From NCBI RefSeq assembly GCF_009914755.1, contig NC_060946.1: DNA of 64,000 nucleotides, one strand, 5' to 3'. Positions 12,630-31,147 of this stretch are shown here, piece by piece; the stretch's first letter is position 1; every line of letters begins with the position of its first letter. A program made the position numbers and the translations under genes. The stretch is from the human T2T-CHM13v2.0 reference genome, Homo sapiens. The notes below the pieces were generated by a model. The model did not search any database. It saw only the letters and a list, made by a program, of their open reading frames with translations, and had not been told where the DNA came from.

Positions 12630-12713
12630 CCACTGTGTTCTCCTCCTTCAACTTCTCCCTGAGCTTCTGGTTGTAAAGGTGCAAATCTGCCATCTGGTCT
12701 CCAAGTTTTGATG
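12630..12713 (-). other. Candidate orphan 84-nt exon of unidentified origin
   Basis: Minus strand: catttcttctttcctccgttaag| exon |gtatgt; open in two frames, including SKLGDQMADLHLYNQKLREKLKEENTV. Confidence 0.45.
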
Positions 12714-12874
12714 CTTAACGGAGGAAAGAAGAAATGCCCCTAATTAAAATAACAAATAAAAAATAACATTATCCAGTTTGTTCCATTTTCAGAAATGTTT
12801 TAAATACATTAAAAACTACTCTGCACTCTTTAAAAAGTAAAAAATGAACCCCAGGCAATGACTCTTTTCCTATT

Positions 12875-14410
<1,536 letters not shown>

Positions 14411-15119
14411 CATGTTTAAAAAAAATCAAACCTCATGAATGAGACCAAAGCGTCTACTGGCGCACAGGAAAAGAACACCCTTTACTTGAAATTACCCCAG
14501 GGAAAACCCAGGCACAGCCTCCCCAGCCTGGCAGCCCCTGCCAGCCTGTACCTAGGGTGGGCGTGAGCGTCCACAGCTGGGAGAGCAGCCGGCACACCCC
14601 AGCCCTGCTCCCAGGGTGAGCCACGCATGCACCAGGCAGAGAACTCCTGGGCTTCCGGCTGCTAAGCCCCAGGGGCCCCAGCGTCACCTGCTCTCGTGCG
14701 TGGACTGAGCACCTACTGTGTGCAGGCCCTTCTCAGGGGTGGGAGGGAAGGAGTGGTCTCACCCTGCAGAGCTTTCAGGACAACTGAGGAAGTTTCCCAG
14801 GGTCCATGGGAAGTCTGAACCAAAAACTGCTTCCCAGTGAGTGGGACTCCTCACTTTGAGGGATTTGGGTTCTGAGCCAGTAGAGCAGGCAATGCAAGAG
14901 GATCCGATCCCACATCCAGGCTGCATGGCTCTGGGAGTCCTCCTGCCAGCACTCTCCACCAGGACCCCTGCTGCCCCTCAGAGCACCCCCCACCAGAGTA
15001 TGCAGGGCCTCTTGAGCCCACTTGGGCCAGGAGGGCACCCAGGCCTGCCTTTCCCTGCCTGCCTGCTCTCAAGGGTTAAGCTAACTTTCTCCATTTGTGC
15101 TAACGTTTTCCATACATTC

Positions 15120-15432
15120 TTTATTTATTTAATTTTTTTTATTTTTTGAGACAGAATCTTGCTCTGTCGCCCAGGCTGGAGTGCAGTGTTACCGTCTCAA
15201 TCTAGGCTCACTGCAACCTCTGCCTCCCGGGTTCGACTGATTGTCTTGCCTCAGCCTCCTGAGTAGCTGGGATTACAGGCCCGTGCCACCCCCCCGCCCC
15301 CACTGGCTAATTATTGTATTTTTTAGTAGAGACGGGGTTTCACCATGTTGGCCAGGCTGGTCTCAAACTCCTGATCCACCCACCTCAGCCTCCCAAAGTG
15401 CTGGGATTACAGGCATGAGCCACCACGCTTGG
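15120..15432 (-). mobile_element. Alu (S-type); TSD tttccatacattct
   Basis: Alu consensus with the TSD on both sides. Confidence 0.9.
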
Positions 15433-15445
15433 ATTTCCATACATT

Positions 15446-15582
15446 CTGGCCATTGGGACGAGCTGTGCACCCAGGTGTCACATTCCCTGGGTAGCTTGGA
15501 GGATCACAGCCCCTCTGTTCAGGTGGTGGGACTGGGCTAGCCCATGCTGGTGTCCTGCTCCCAACACTAAACCTGGTTGTCT
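15446..15582 (-). repeat. Arm 2 of the 137-bp inverted duplication (partner 9597-9733)
   Basis: Direct reverse-complement comparison. Confidence 0.92.
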
Positions 15583-15584
15583 CA

Positions 15585-15670
15585 TCCACGCAGGGCCCCC
15601 ACAGGACCTCCAGTCCATGCAGGGCCCCCACGAGACCTTCTGGTCTGCACAGGGCCCCCAGAGACCAGGA
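15585..15670. repeat. ~30-bp degenerate tandem repeat, 3 copies (cagggccccca core)
   Basis: tccacgcagggcccccacaggacc / tccatgcagggcccccacgagacc / tctgcacagggcccccagagacc. Confidence 0.75.
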
Positions 15671-15740
15671 AGGATCCCCTCGCTGGAATTTGAGTCCCAG
15701 CCTGCGAGTTGGGCCAGTGGCATTTGTTCTCCACGTGTGA

Positions 15741-16078
<338 letters not shown>

Positions 16079-16771
16079 CTGGTTTCTGTCTTGGGTGTGG
16101 TCCCCAAACTCTTAAGCACAGCCTCACACCTCCACCCAGTCATTCACATAGACCCTGGGGTGCGCAGAGGCAGAGGGTCACCCGCAGAGGAGCTGTCCGC
16201 ATGTCCATGGCAGCCTCAGTGTGGCTTCTCTGCTCAGCCCAGGGTGTGGTGATTCCGTCACTGCTTTAAATGTGGGGTTCAGGAGGAATTCTGATATAAC
16301 AGGGATGTCTCCACATGTCTTCCCTGCCTTAGCGTCTTGAGGTGTACGTGGAAAAACCTCTGGCAGGGCTCACTCTGACAGAGTCCCGGCCTCTGACATT
16401 GAATCACCCACAGTCTCTCTAGTTTATGTGGTAGGGTTCGGGATTTATGAAAATCAAGTACTAAAAAATGACTTCCTTGTCTCTTTGAATTCAACTCTGA
16501 TTAATGTTTGATCCTATTTATTAACTTAAACCATGAAATTCCCTTAAGTATTTTAAATGGAATTAATATACGTCATATATTTGATTTTTATTTTCCTATA
16601 TCAGTTGTTTGGCTAGCAAACAGACCTTCCAAGCATTTAAACAGTGCTTGTAAATCTAATAAATTAAGCTAAAAATATGAAGCACGTTTAATTCTCTGGA
16701 TTTTAATATACTTTGTGAGCTTAGTAACATTTTTCTATTCCTCTTAAACTTAAAAAAAAAAATTGAAAACT

Positions 16772-17076
16772 AGGCCAGTTTCAGTGGGTCATGCCTGTAA
16801 TCCCAGCACTTTGGGAGGCCTAGGCAGGTGGAACACCTGAGGACAGGAGTTCAAGACCAGCCTGGCCAACATGGTGAAACCCTGTCTCTATTAAAAATAC
16901 AAAAATTAGCTGGGAGTGGTGGCACATGTGTGCCTGTAATCCCAGCTACTCCGGAGGTTGAGGCGGGAGAATTGCTCCCAGGAGGTGGAGGTTGCAGTGA
17001 GCCGAGATTGTGCCACTGCATTCTAGCCTGGGCAACAAGAGCGAAAGTCTGTCTCAAAAAAAAAAAAAAAAAAAAT
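16772..17076 (+). mobile_element. Alu (S-type)
   Basis: Alu consensus with poly-A tail. Confidence 0.9.
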
Positions 17077-17456
17077 TGGAGACTAATATTAAAGAGCACA
17101 ATCTAAAGTGTAGGGCTGGAATGAATGAATGAGCTCTCTAGGCGAGCAAAGCCTTTCAGGGCTGATGTCCCTCGGTCCCACGAGCCAGGCCTCCGCAGGC
17201 TGAGCACTGAGCGCTGTCTGTCTGACCAGAACATCATCCACTCGGGCAGTGCCCTCCTGGCCCCGGCCACCAGGGCAGCGTGGGAGCAGATCCAGCGGAG
17301 CGAGGGTGGCACGGCACAGCTGCTCCGGCGCCTCGAGGGCTACTTCAGCAATGTGGCACGCAACGTGCAGTGGACGTACCTGCAGCCCTTTGTCATCGTC
17401 ACCACCAACATGAGTAAGGCACTGGCTGCGTTGGGGGTGGAGGCCTGCAACCCTCA

Positions 17457-20316
<2,860 letters not shown>

Positions 20317-20327
20317 AGCTGCTTCTA

Positions 20328-21250
<923 letters not shown>

Positions 21251-21309
21251 CTCATGTGTCTTAAAAAGAGGGGTGACTCTGATGTGGGGTCATGCTTGAA
21301 ACTGAGAGG

Positions 21310-21509
21310 ACGAGGTCCCCGACCCTCCATTGCAGCCAGCTCTCTCTGGAACTAACAGAGTGAGAACTCGCTCATTACCAAGGGGAGGACACCAAGCCAT
21401 TCATGGGGGACCCACCCCCATGACCCAAACAACCCCGACCACGCCCACCTCCAACCCTGATCACATTTCAACATGAGATTTGGAGGGGCCAGACCTCAAA
21501 ACTGCATCA
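21310..21509. mobile_element. MaLR LTR fragment (MST-like)
   Basis: aactaacagagtgagaactcgctcattacc...cccccatgacccaaaca...cacatttcaacatgagatttggagggg. Confidence 0.75.
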
Positions 21510-22010
21510 GATACATTCATGTTTAAGCAGTCCATCTCCAGAACTCTTTTCATCCTGCAGATCTGAAACTCTAGCCCACAAAACACCAACTCCACTCCCC
21601 AGCCACTGGTGCCCACCGTTGTTTCTGTCTCTGAATTTGACTCCTCTAGGGACCTCCCATAAGTGGAATCATACAATATTTGTCCTTTTGTGCTTGGCTT
21701 ATTTCACTGAGCGTAATGTTCTCTAGGTTCACCTGTGTTGTAGCAAACGTCAGACTTTCCCTCCTTTTGAAGGCTGAGTAATATTCTGTTGTGTGGATGG
21801 AGCACGCATTGTTTATCCACTCACCTGTTGACGCATGCCTGGGTCGTTTCCACCTTTCGGCCTGTGTGAATGGTGCTGCTCTGAACAGGGGTGAAGACGT
21901 ATCTGGGCGTCTGCTTTCAGTTCTTTTGGGTGTATACCCAGAAGTGGGCTTGCTGGGTCACGTGGTAAATCCTGTGGTTGATTTTTTGAGGACGCACCAT
22001 ACTGTTTTCG
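21510..22010 (-). mobile_element. L1 (L1MB-like) 3' fragment
   Basis: aagtggaatcatacaatatttgtcc, ggcttatttcactgagcgtaatgtt, tatacccagaagtggg motifs. Confidence 0.85.
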
Positions 22011-23574
22011 GTGGGACATCTGTTGGGTTTTGAGAAGCACCTGCTGGCACTGAGAGCTGTCTTGGGGAACACAGGTGCTCCTGCCGGAGTCCTCACGCTC
22101 TGCTCACGTTGCAGAAGGCCCCCTGGTAAGGCCAGCCAGCCGGAGGACCACCCCGCAGACCACACGCCCAGGGCCTGGCACCGAGGGGGAGGCCCCGATC
22201 AGCAGGTGAAAGCGACACCCTGATGACACTGGCTAGTTCACCTTCACTCTGGTCATCGTTTACTGTACCCCGGGGCAGCTCCCGCCTGAGCCCTATGACC
22301 CCAACCGCCGCAGCCTCTGGTAAGGCCTGGGTATGGGGCACATGGAGAGGGCCCATTCCAGAGGCTCCTAAGTCAAAAGAGATTCCACAAGTCAAAATCC
22401 TGATCCTGATCAAGCACAGGCCTTCACAGTGACATTTCACTGTGACCCTGGCCCAGAGACAGAGACCACTGTCCTGCAGTGTCCCTGGGAGGGAGGTTCT
22501 GGGTCTGCCACAGGACACCACACCCTGGAACATTGCACACCCTTTGCCTGGCCTTTTCCCAGTGTTTCTGTCAGAAATGCCCCCTCCCAAGCATACACCC
22601 CATCTTGTGCCCCGAGGGACTCGATTCTCTCCCCACACACCCGACCCGAGGCTGTCATGGGTAGTGCCTGCTGCTGGCCCCAGGGTTAGGGCTGCTCAGC
22701 CAGTCCTGGCTGGAAAGGATGAATGTCCCACAAGCAGCTTTGGGGCCTGCTTGGTGGGAGCAGCCCGAGGATCCGCCCTTCGTCCTCCTGCCATTTCCCA
22801 CTTCCCTGGCTCTGGGGTCCTCATGTTCACGTGGTTCTCAGTGACTGGGTGATTGACCCCCATGAGCTGTCATTATTTTGGTGTCTTTTGCTGGACATTT
22901 AAGCCATTCCTTGTGTTTCTGCCATTAGCTATTATGGGCTGTAACATCTTTGCACCTGTGCCTTCTTTCTTTTTAAATTTCTGAAGTCCTAATTTGACCC
23001 AAAGGTGACACATCTCCCTGTGTGCCCTGTCAGTGATGAAACCTGCTCTGGGGATGAAGATGCCGTGGGGCCCACAGATCCAAGCTCTCGGAGTGTGATT
23101 CTGTCTCCCCTAGAAACACATCCATGGCATGTCCTCAGGGCATTTGTGCATGGGATTAAGCAAATGTTTCCTAATCATGTTTGTCCCTGTGCTCTGGCTT
23201 CTTGACCTCAGGCTGCCTCACTGGCCCATCATTAATACGTCGATGGTGAGCGCACTGGTGTACAGCGAGGGGGCTCCACTTCCGAGACCCCTGGAGAGGC
23301 CCGTCCTGGTGGAGTTCACCCTGCTGGAGATGGAGAAGCGAACCAAGCCTGTCTGTGTGTTCTGGAACCATTCCCTGGCGTAAATGTGATGCCGGGAGTT
23401 CTGCATCTTCATGTGAGGGCTTTGCCAAGACACAGAGAACCCGCAGGGTTGTTGGCTCAGCGGCAGATCGTCCCACGGGGACAGTCTCTTGTGGTCTGTG
23501 TCTCCCCCTTCAGCCCCCTGTGGGGCAGTGAGCCTCCTGCTCTGCTTCTGTGGGTGCATCAGAGCCCCCCCAGA

Positions 23575-23840
23575 TGCCCACACGCAGACGCGCACAGGCC
23601 TGCACGTGGAAACACAGACATGCGCACACGCAGGCCCACACACAGACGCACACAGAGCTGCACGTGGAGACACGTGCGCACACGCAGGCCCACACGCAGG
23701 CCCACACACAGGTGCACGCGGACCTGCACGTGGAGACACAGATGTGTGCACATGCAGGCCCACACACAGGTGAGCGTGGACCTGTGTGAACAGATGCGCG
23801 CAGACCTGCACGTGGAGACACAGACATGCAGGCGCACAAA
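23575..23840. repeat. CA-rich minisatellite with five CACGTG E-boxes
   Basis: Recurrent ctgcacgtgga(g/a)acac units; CACGTG at 23603, 23661, 23671, 23727, 23809. Confidence 0.85.
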
Positions 23841-26002
23841 GAGATCCCTCAAGGCTGACACCCAGGAAGGGGCCTCTCACTTGTGGGACTCCCGAGATGC
23901 AGTGGCCAACACTAGTGTAGTGCCCAGTTCACTGCTGGATAAGACAGAGGCCTGTTCTGGTCACACATGGGAGGCAGAACCCAGAGACTGGGCCCAGGAG
24001 CCCTTCTGCTGACAGTGGGAACTCCCAGCTACGTGTGGGGGTCCCCATACCAGACAAAGGTCCCTGACCTTAGTCTTGCCCGAGAGGCCGACACAGCCCA
24101 GCTTTGGGGTCTGGCTTTACCCACAAGAGGCCACACCTTGCCACAGCACTGTTTATCTGGCCTGTTTCAGAAGCACCGTCAGAGTGGCGAAGGCAGGAGG
24201 TGGTGCACGAGAGTCTACGTTCTAGCATCCATTCAAGTGAGGGAAAGGCGTTTCGTACTTAGAAAAATGCAAAATTAATGATTCTCACCCACACATGAGA
24301 CTGTGGATTCACCCATGTATGAGATAGTGGATTCAGAGCCATGCTGTGGCTCTCATCTGCTGGGAGCCAGTAGTGTTTGTGCTTTGGTTTTGCTTTTTTA
24401 GCTACATGGTTTATGTGAGGTGCGGACTTACTTGAGTTGCTCTGTCTTTACAGGGAGCTTGCTTTTTCTCTGCTGGTTTGTTTTCACTTTTGCTGTCTCT
24501 GTTTAGAAGAAAACATTAGAACTGGGGTGTGGTGGAAGGATGGGAGCACAATCTGGGAGGGGAAGACCTGCTCTCTCTCCACATACCAGGAGGGAGTGGC
24601 AGGAAGGGGAGACACTGTGCCGGACTCAGGGAGTCAAGAGCGTGAGCACCCCCAGGCTTCAATCTGCTGAACGTTGTGCATCTGGGGGCGCCCGTGCAGC
24701 AGGAACACTCTCCCCATCACAATTCCTCTGGGCACAGTGGAGAGCCATGAGTGGGGGCTGTCCTGGGGGCTGCGCTATGGTGAGTGAGCCCACGCCAGGA
24801 GCCAGTTCAGCCCAGCCTCATTCTTCTCCTGCTTCTTTGCTTTCCAAGTTCTAGTTCATAAGCAACCAGCACAGTACCTGGAATGTAAGAGGCGCTTGGC
24901 TTATAAAAGAGAGAAGAAAGGAACCCCTTTCACCACGAGGGACGTCAGGCCCAGCTCTCTGTCCCGGGCATTCATCTTTTTTCCGGCAATTAGCTTCAGC
25001 TCTAATGACCTGCTGTCTGCTTTATGTTGCACCTATGATTTCCAGATTGTAAAGTTTGTGGCAAATGTATTAACGTTCACATCCCATTTACAGATTAGCA
25101 AACTAAGGATCTGAGAGGTTATGTGATTTTCCCAGTCTGGCGGAGGGCAGGGCCCTGTCAGAAGCCGAGACACACCTCGTAACAGCTTGTTATTTGGGGC
25201 TTCCCATCAGTGAGGCAGGAGTCATAATGGGGCCCTGGCTTCTGGGCAATTCCCATAAAACATTGTGCCACCTGAAGATGGAAGTGTCAGAGGAAGGCGA
25301 GATGTTATTTCTGAAAGCATCTACCCTCAGAAAGAGACAGAGGAGTGCATCGCAGCTGTGTGAACCCGGGGTGGTGGTGGTTCCAGCAGCGGGGCACGTG
25401 GTGGACGCAAGACGGCCCCGTTTGAGTTTTGCTGCTAGGTGACATGTAGAACTTGAACTTCAGAGGGTGCTCCTTGGAGGCCCTGATGAGAGAGACACAG
25501 AAGGGAAGGGAGACTGTTCCCATGGTCCTGCCTCTGCGGCAGCGAGCCTGCTGCTCTTGCAGCTGGGTGGCTGTTCGGTGCAGGGGGCCGGTGAGGAACA
25601 CGGTGGGGAGCAGCCTGCGAGGGCGCCGGGCTTTCAGCACTCACTATACCTGCTGTTTGGTTTGGCCAGGATGGCCTGGGAGTCCCCAGGGCCGGGCAAA
25701 GACTGCCCCCAACAGACATGGGCGGAGGGAACCGTCTCACCCCTGCCTCTTCTCCCTTCTCTACGCAGTGTCAGTGGGACGGGAGGGTGGTCTGCCCGGG
25801 GCTTCAAGCTCCTGTCCAGGAACCGGACCCATGTCGTACGCCAGTGCAGCCACACGGCCAGCTTCGAGGTGCTCATGGACGTCTCCAGGTGTGAGATGGG
25901 CATCTTCTTGTGGCCACTATGCCCGCTGAGCCTACCCCCAAACCTGCCCCTCCTCAAACTAAATCTTCCATTCTAAGCGCTTTGAACGAAGCAAATCAAC
26001 CA

Positions 26003-26008
26003 ATTAAA
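26003..26008 (+). terminator. Candidate polyadenylation signal ATTAAA
   Basis: About 110 nt downstream of the CELSR1-derived exon whose donor is dead. Confidence 0.5.
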
Positions 26009-27284
26009 AAAATATATTCCAGGATTGGCCAGAGTCTGTGAAGATTTCCATAACAAATCCCCGTTACAAGGGTTTTCAGAGAGCCCTGGTTGTGCATTAA
26101 ACCCCGCGATGGCAAACCCAAAGCTCAGGCTCTGAGGAGCTCTTGGAGTCTGCCCCTCGCTTCAGAGATGGTCTGTGCGAGGGTGCCGCTCTCCTCCCGC
26201 TTTGATCATAAGGAAGGTGACAGCTGCTGGGGACGGTAGGCACTCTCCCTCAGGGCCACAAGCTGGGCTGCAGGATAAAAGACTGGGCGGCTAATGTTTA
26301 ACCTCTGGCATTTTAAGCGGCCTGGGAGTGTGAGCCGGCCATTGTGGGCCTGCAGATGAACTGGGGAGTGGCCCGAGTGCTGTCCTCGGCAGGACAGTGC
26401 TATCCAGCCAGGAAGTGGGTGGCAGCCAGCCTGGGAGTGGCCTATGTGGGACCCTCCTGTCTAGGAGTCAGAGCCAGAGGCCTGGGTGGCCTCCCCTGGC
26501 CCCTCCCCAGGGCTGCGCTGTAGCTCAAGGGCCCAGGCCACCATCCTTCCCGAGGGCTTTCTGATGTGAAGTGGCCCTGGTTTCTGTCACAGTCTTGGAA
26601 GGGTGAGTCAGCCCTGGGGCAGGGCTGGAGGAGGGCTGTGGCTTCCTGTACAATGTGCAGGGGAAGCTGTCCCACCTGTGCCCCCATCTCATGGGCAAAT
26701 GGCACTCCCCAGCAGGACCCAGCCTGGAGAGGGGTTCAGTGATTAGTGGACTTTGTTCATAGAAGGGCAGGGTTGGGGGTTGTCTCGTGGCCAGGACGCC
26801 GGGCAACATGTGGGCCAAGGAAGCTGAAATTGAGGCGGAAGGAAGGAGGCTGGAGTGGGAGTCCGAGGCTCCCATGGCCTGGGTGCCCCAAAGTTAGCGG
26901 TCTCTGAACAGCCCTGAACCAGTGGAGGGAGACTGGGGTGCTGCTCCTGGCCCCAGGGATGTCCAGGGCCCGGGCATTGAAGGGACCTCAGAAGGGGCAG
27001 TTCCAGGCCCAGGGCTGTGAGCACTCGGCCTCCCCAACCCAGCCAGGTCTTGGCTTCCCAGCTCCTAGTTCCACATGGTAAGCAACGCCTTCCAGAAGTT
27101 ACCAGAGAACCAGAGCTTGTTGTTCCCCAAATGCAGAAACTCCCCAGGGACCTGGGTCCTGGGCAAGTGTCCTGGTTTGTAAAAGCACAGGAAACACAGC
27201 AATGTGAACCTACACACTGCTGAACTGTACGCTTCAAAGTGTCCAAGATGATATGTTTTATGTCATGTATATTTTAGCACAATT

Positions 27285-27910
<626 letters not shown>

Positions 27911-28604
27911 CATAATAAGGGATCTGGAATTTAAAAAATAGGTCCATATAACAAGCTATAATAGAGACGTGCAGCTGGCACAGGACATCCATCCACTGGT
28001 GATAATGATAGAACACGTCATATTGCACGATAGTAGGAAAAACAGGACAGATGGGAAGGGTGCGGATGACCAGCGCCGTAGCAATCTGAAGCATCGAGCC
28101 TGCCAGTCCACATAACTGAAACCTGAAGCTCTGCCCCTGCCCAGCTCTGTGACTTCCAGCAAGTTGTTTAGCTTCTTTAAGCATTGATTTTCTCACCTGG
28201 AAGATGAGGGTTGCATTCACACTCTCTTCATAGCTGTGACCTAAGGATGATATGAAACGACGCCCTTGGCAGATCTATCAGAACCCCTACCACATAATAA
28301 GTGCTCAGTAAAAGGTTTTGCTGAACAAAGGAAATTACATTCATGTTGTATTACCACAATTACCCACTTTCTTTATAAAGCGGTAGTAAGTCTTTCAGCC
28401 AAAAGAATAAGTCCATGATGGGATTAAGTGAAAGTCCAAGAGGTACTGCATGCACCTAAGGTGGAGATGTGTTTATCTTTTGCATAAGCTGGGGATGTAT
28501 TTGGAAGGTTTCTGCTAGCCCAGAATTTGGGTGGACAGGCTGAGCCCCTCCCAACAGCAGGATTCACCTATGGGGTTGGTTTTGGGTAGACAGGCTGAGC
28601 CTGC

Positions 28605-29763
28605 CCCATGGAACTGTAGGGGCTTACGAAGGCATTTCGTTTGGGGAAGGAGCTCATCCAGGAGGACTGGGATCTCTGGTTATATGTGACTTCTGACCTC
28701 TGGGCATGGAGGTCTCTCTCCAGAGGCCCAGGCCTGGACACGAAGGGAGAGAGGCCTCCATTGTCCCACAGGGGCCGAAATGCAGACGGTGCATCCCCGG
28801 TGCCCTGGGGAACCCTTCTCTGATCATCAGGATTCTCTTGGACTCCGGGGTCCTTGTCCTGCTCAGGCATCCCTGCCCTGCTGTCCTTCAGGGCCCTCAA
28901 CACGATCTTCTCTGGACACGAGTCTGGGGATAGCCGGGTGTTGTGGGCTCCAAAGGGTTGACTCCTTGCTCCTGGGCCCCACAGAGAGTCCTTGTGCTCA
29001 GTGCACTGGCTGTGCTGCAAGATATCCTGGAATTCGAAGCACACAGTGCTGGCTTGCTGTGGTACCTGTGCAATCAAATTGAAGGCAAGATCACCAGGAA
29101 GGAACACAGGGCTTGCAAGATCACGGAAAACCTTCTTGGAGTTGTTTTGACACACCACTCATGTCAAGTGTCTGGGTACTTGTAGGATGGCCCGCCACTC
29201 CACCCAGGGGCAGGAGCAACAGGGAGATCCCACAAGCAAAGTGAACTGGGGGATGGGGTGAGTGGGCTCCAGGCAACAGAGCCCTACTGGCAGGTCCTCA
29301 CCCCCTGGGCCGGAACTGGAGTGAGGGGCACAGAGTGCCCAGGTAACCGCTCCTGGGAACAGTGGGGAACTGTCAGATGCTCGAACTTTCGAGAGCTGGG
29401 CTCTGAGCGTCCTCGTGGAGCTGCCAACTCGGCCAAAGGAGAAGCGAGCAGTTTCTTCTGTTGCCGGGCAACACGCCTTTTAAACCTGAGCGAGTGGGTG
29501 CGCATGCAAAGAACGGGCGCGAGTGACAGAGCGACCTTAACGGATTAGCACCTTAACGGATTAGCACCTTAACGGATTAGCGTGGCAAGGTATGCAAGCA
29601 AGTCACCTGCTGGCAATTTGGGGGTGGGGAGGGGGAGGTGCGCAATACATACTGGAAGGAGAGGCACCCACACAAAGGACGCAGGAAGAACAGGTGCGCA
29701 CAAAGGCACAATGGCGGCAGATCTGCCCGTGGATCACTGAAGATTCCTGCTCTCCTGCTGAGG
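28605..29763 (-). pseudogene. POM121-like (POM121L family) pseudogene copy 1, 3'-truncated
   Basis: Translation KDSLWGPGARSQPFGAHNTRLSPDSCPEKIVLRALKDSRAGMPEQDKDPGVQENPDDQRRVPQGTGDAPSAFRPLWDNGGLSPFV...KRNAFVSPYSS matches recalled POM121L1P-type proteins; direct repeat of 49930-51039. Confidence 0.88.
29534..29581. repeat. Perfect 16-bp triplication ACCTTAACGGATTAGC x3
   Basis: Three identical units at 29534, 29550, 29566. Confidence 0.95.
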
Positions 29764-30355
29764 TGGAGATTGCAGTGAACTAAGATCACACCATTGCGCT
29801 AGAGCCCGGGCGACAGAGCAAGACTTGGTCTCAAAAAATAAATAAAATAAAATAAGTACAATAAAATAACAAAACAAAACAAAGTAAGAGGAGATGATAT
29901 CTGGTCGTGTTTTATGGCCATCTGGTAAGCTAGATTCTTTCCTTTGGTTTTATTGCCAATCAATGATTAGAAAGAAGCAGTTTGCTGTTGGCTTGTTTTT
30001 CCCCTCAACTAAATGTAAGAAAAAAAAAGAGTCAAAAATACCGAAGCTAATTTTAAAATGTATGTATAGAGAGAGACTTGGTCTTACCTTGTCATCCAGG
30101 CTGGAGTGCTGTGGTGCCATCACGGCTCAGGGCAGCTTCGACCTCATGGGCTCAGGCAATCCTTTCACATCAGTCGACCAGATAGCTGAGATTACAAATG
30201 TGGGAAACCACACCCTGCTAATTTCTTGTATTTTTTGTAGAGTCGGGGTTTCACCTTGTTGCCGAGGCTGGTCTTGAACTCCTGGGCTCAAGCAATCTTT
30301 CTGCTTCTGCCTCCCAAAGTGTTGGGATTATAGGCATGAGCCACCATTCCCGCCG
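29760..30355. mobile_element. Alu 3' fragment (+) ~29760-29885 and AluJ (-) ~30070-30355
   Basis: Alu consensus. Confidence 0.85.
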
Positions 30356-30557
30356 AAATATTTTTGAGATTCATAGAGATGAGTAGGTCATAATAAGAGT
30401 GCACAACTTGTAGTTATATTTAATATCTTTTGAAATTACTCGGCACCCCCATTGTAATTTAAATGATTTGTTCCTGACCTGGTTTTACTTTGTTCCTGAG
30501 GGTTGCAGATCCCTTGAACAATATTCCACGAATGAAGCAGTGATAATAAACCTGCAG

Positions 30558-30576
30558 CTGCCCCGAGGGGGCGCTG
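30558..30576 (+). promoter_or_regulatory. Candidate CTCF site CTGCCCCGAGGGGGCGCTG
   Basis: Good match to the CCACCAGGGGGCGC core within a small CpG-rich patch. Confidence 0.5.
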
Positions 30577-31147
30577 TGCGGAGGTTCACAAAGGGACCTG
30601 GGTCTCCCTGGTGCGGATGCGGGGGCCGCCTCCATTCTGCTTTCTGACACTGCCACCGCGGGGCCAGGCTTGATGTGACCCCATCACTGCTCAGTTCACT
30701 ACACAGTTTCATCTTTTGATATGGAAGATTTGACTCCATCCACGTTCCTTAGGAGGTTACTGGAAATGACAGCGCTGTAAATTTCTGGGTAAATGAGCAG
30801 CCAACATTTTTGGGAGCTGTCACACAACCACACTGCCCTTCCCTCTGCCTGAAAACCTTTAGGCCTGATTGACTCGGAGAAAGCCCATTAAACTCAGCCC
30901 CCACTGACTTGTTCATTTCCACTCAAACGTTTGTGATAGTCCCAACACAAGGCTTGTCCTCCAAGGGACAACTTGTAAACACTTCTAAGAGAAAGGGTTG
31001 ACTGGGCCCGGTGCCTCACACCTGTAATCCCGGCACTTTGGGAGGCCGAGGTGGGCAGATCACTTGAGGTCAAGAGTTTGAGACCAGTCCATGATCTTGG
31101 CTTGAAGAGGCAAGACCCTATAGTTTATTGAACATTTTAAGCCCACT

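Noticed and set aside
23218-24012. 220-aa and 208-aa ORFs rich in His/Cys/Val/Thr
   Set aside because: Translations of the CA-rich minisatellite.
30479-30551. Possible 73-nt minus-strand exon (cag|...|gtcagg)
   Set aside because: No polypyrimidine tract and no recognisable translation.
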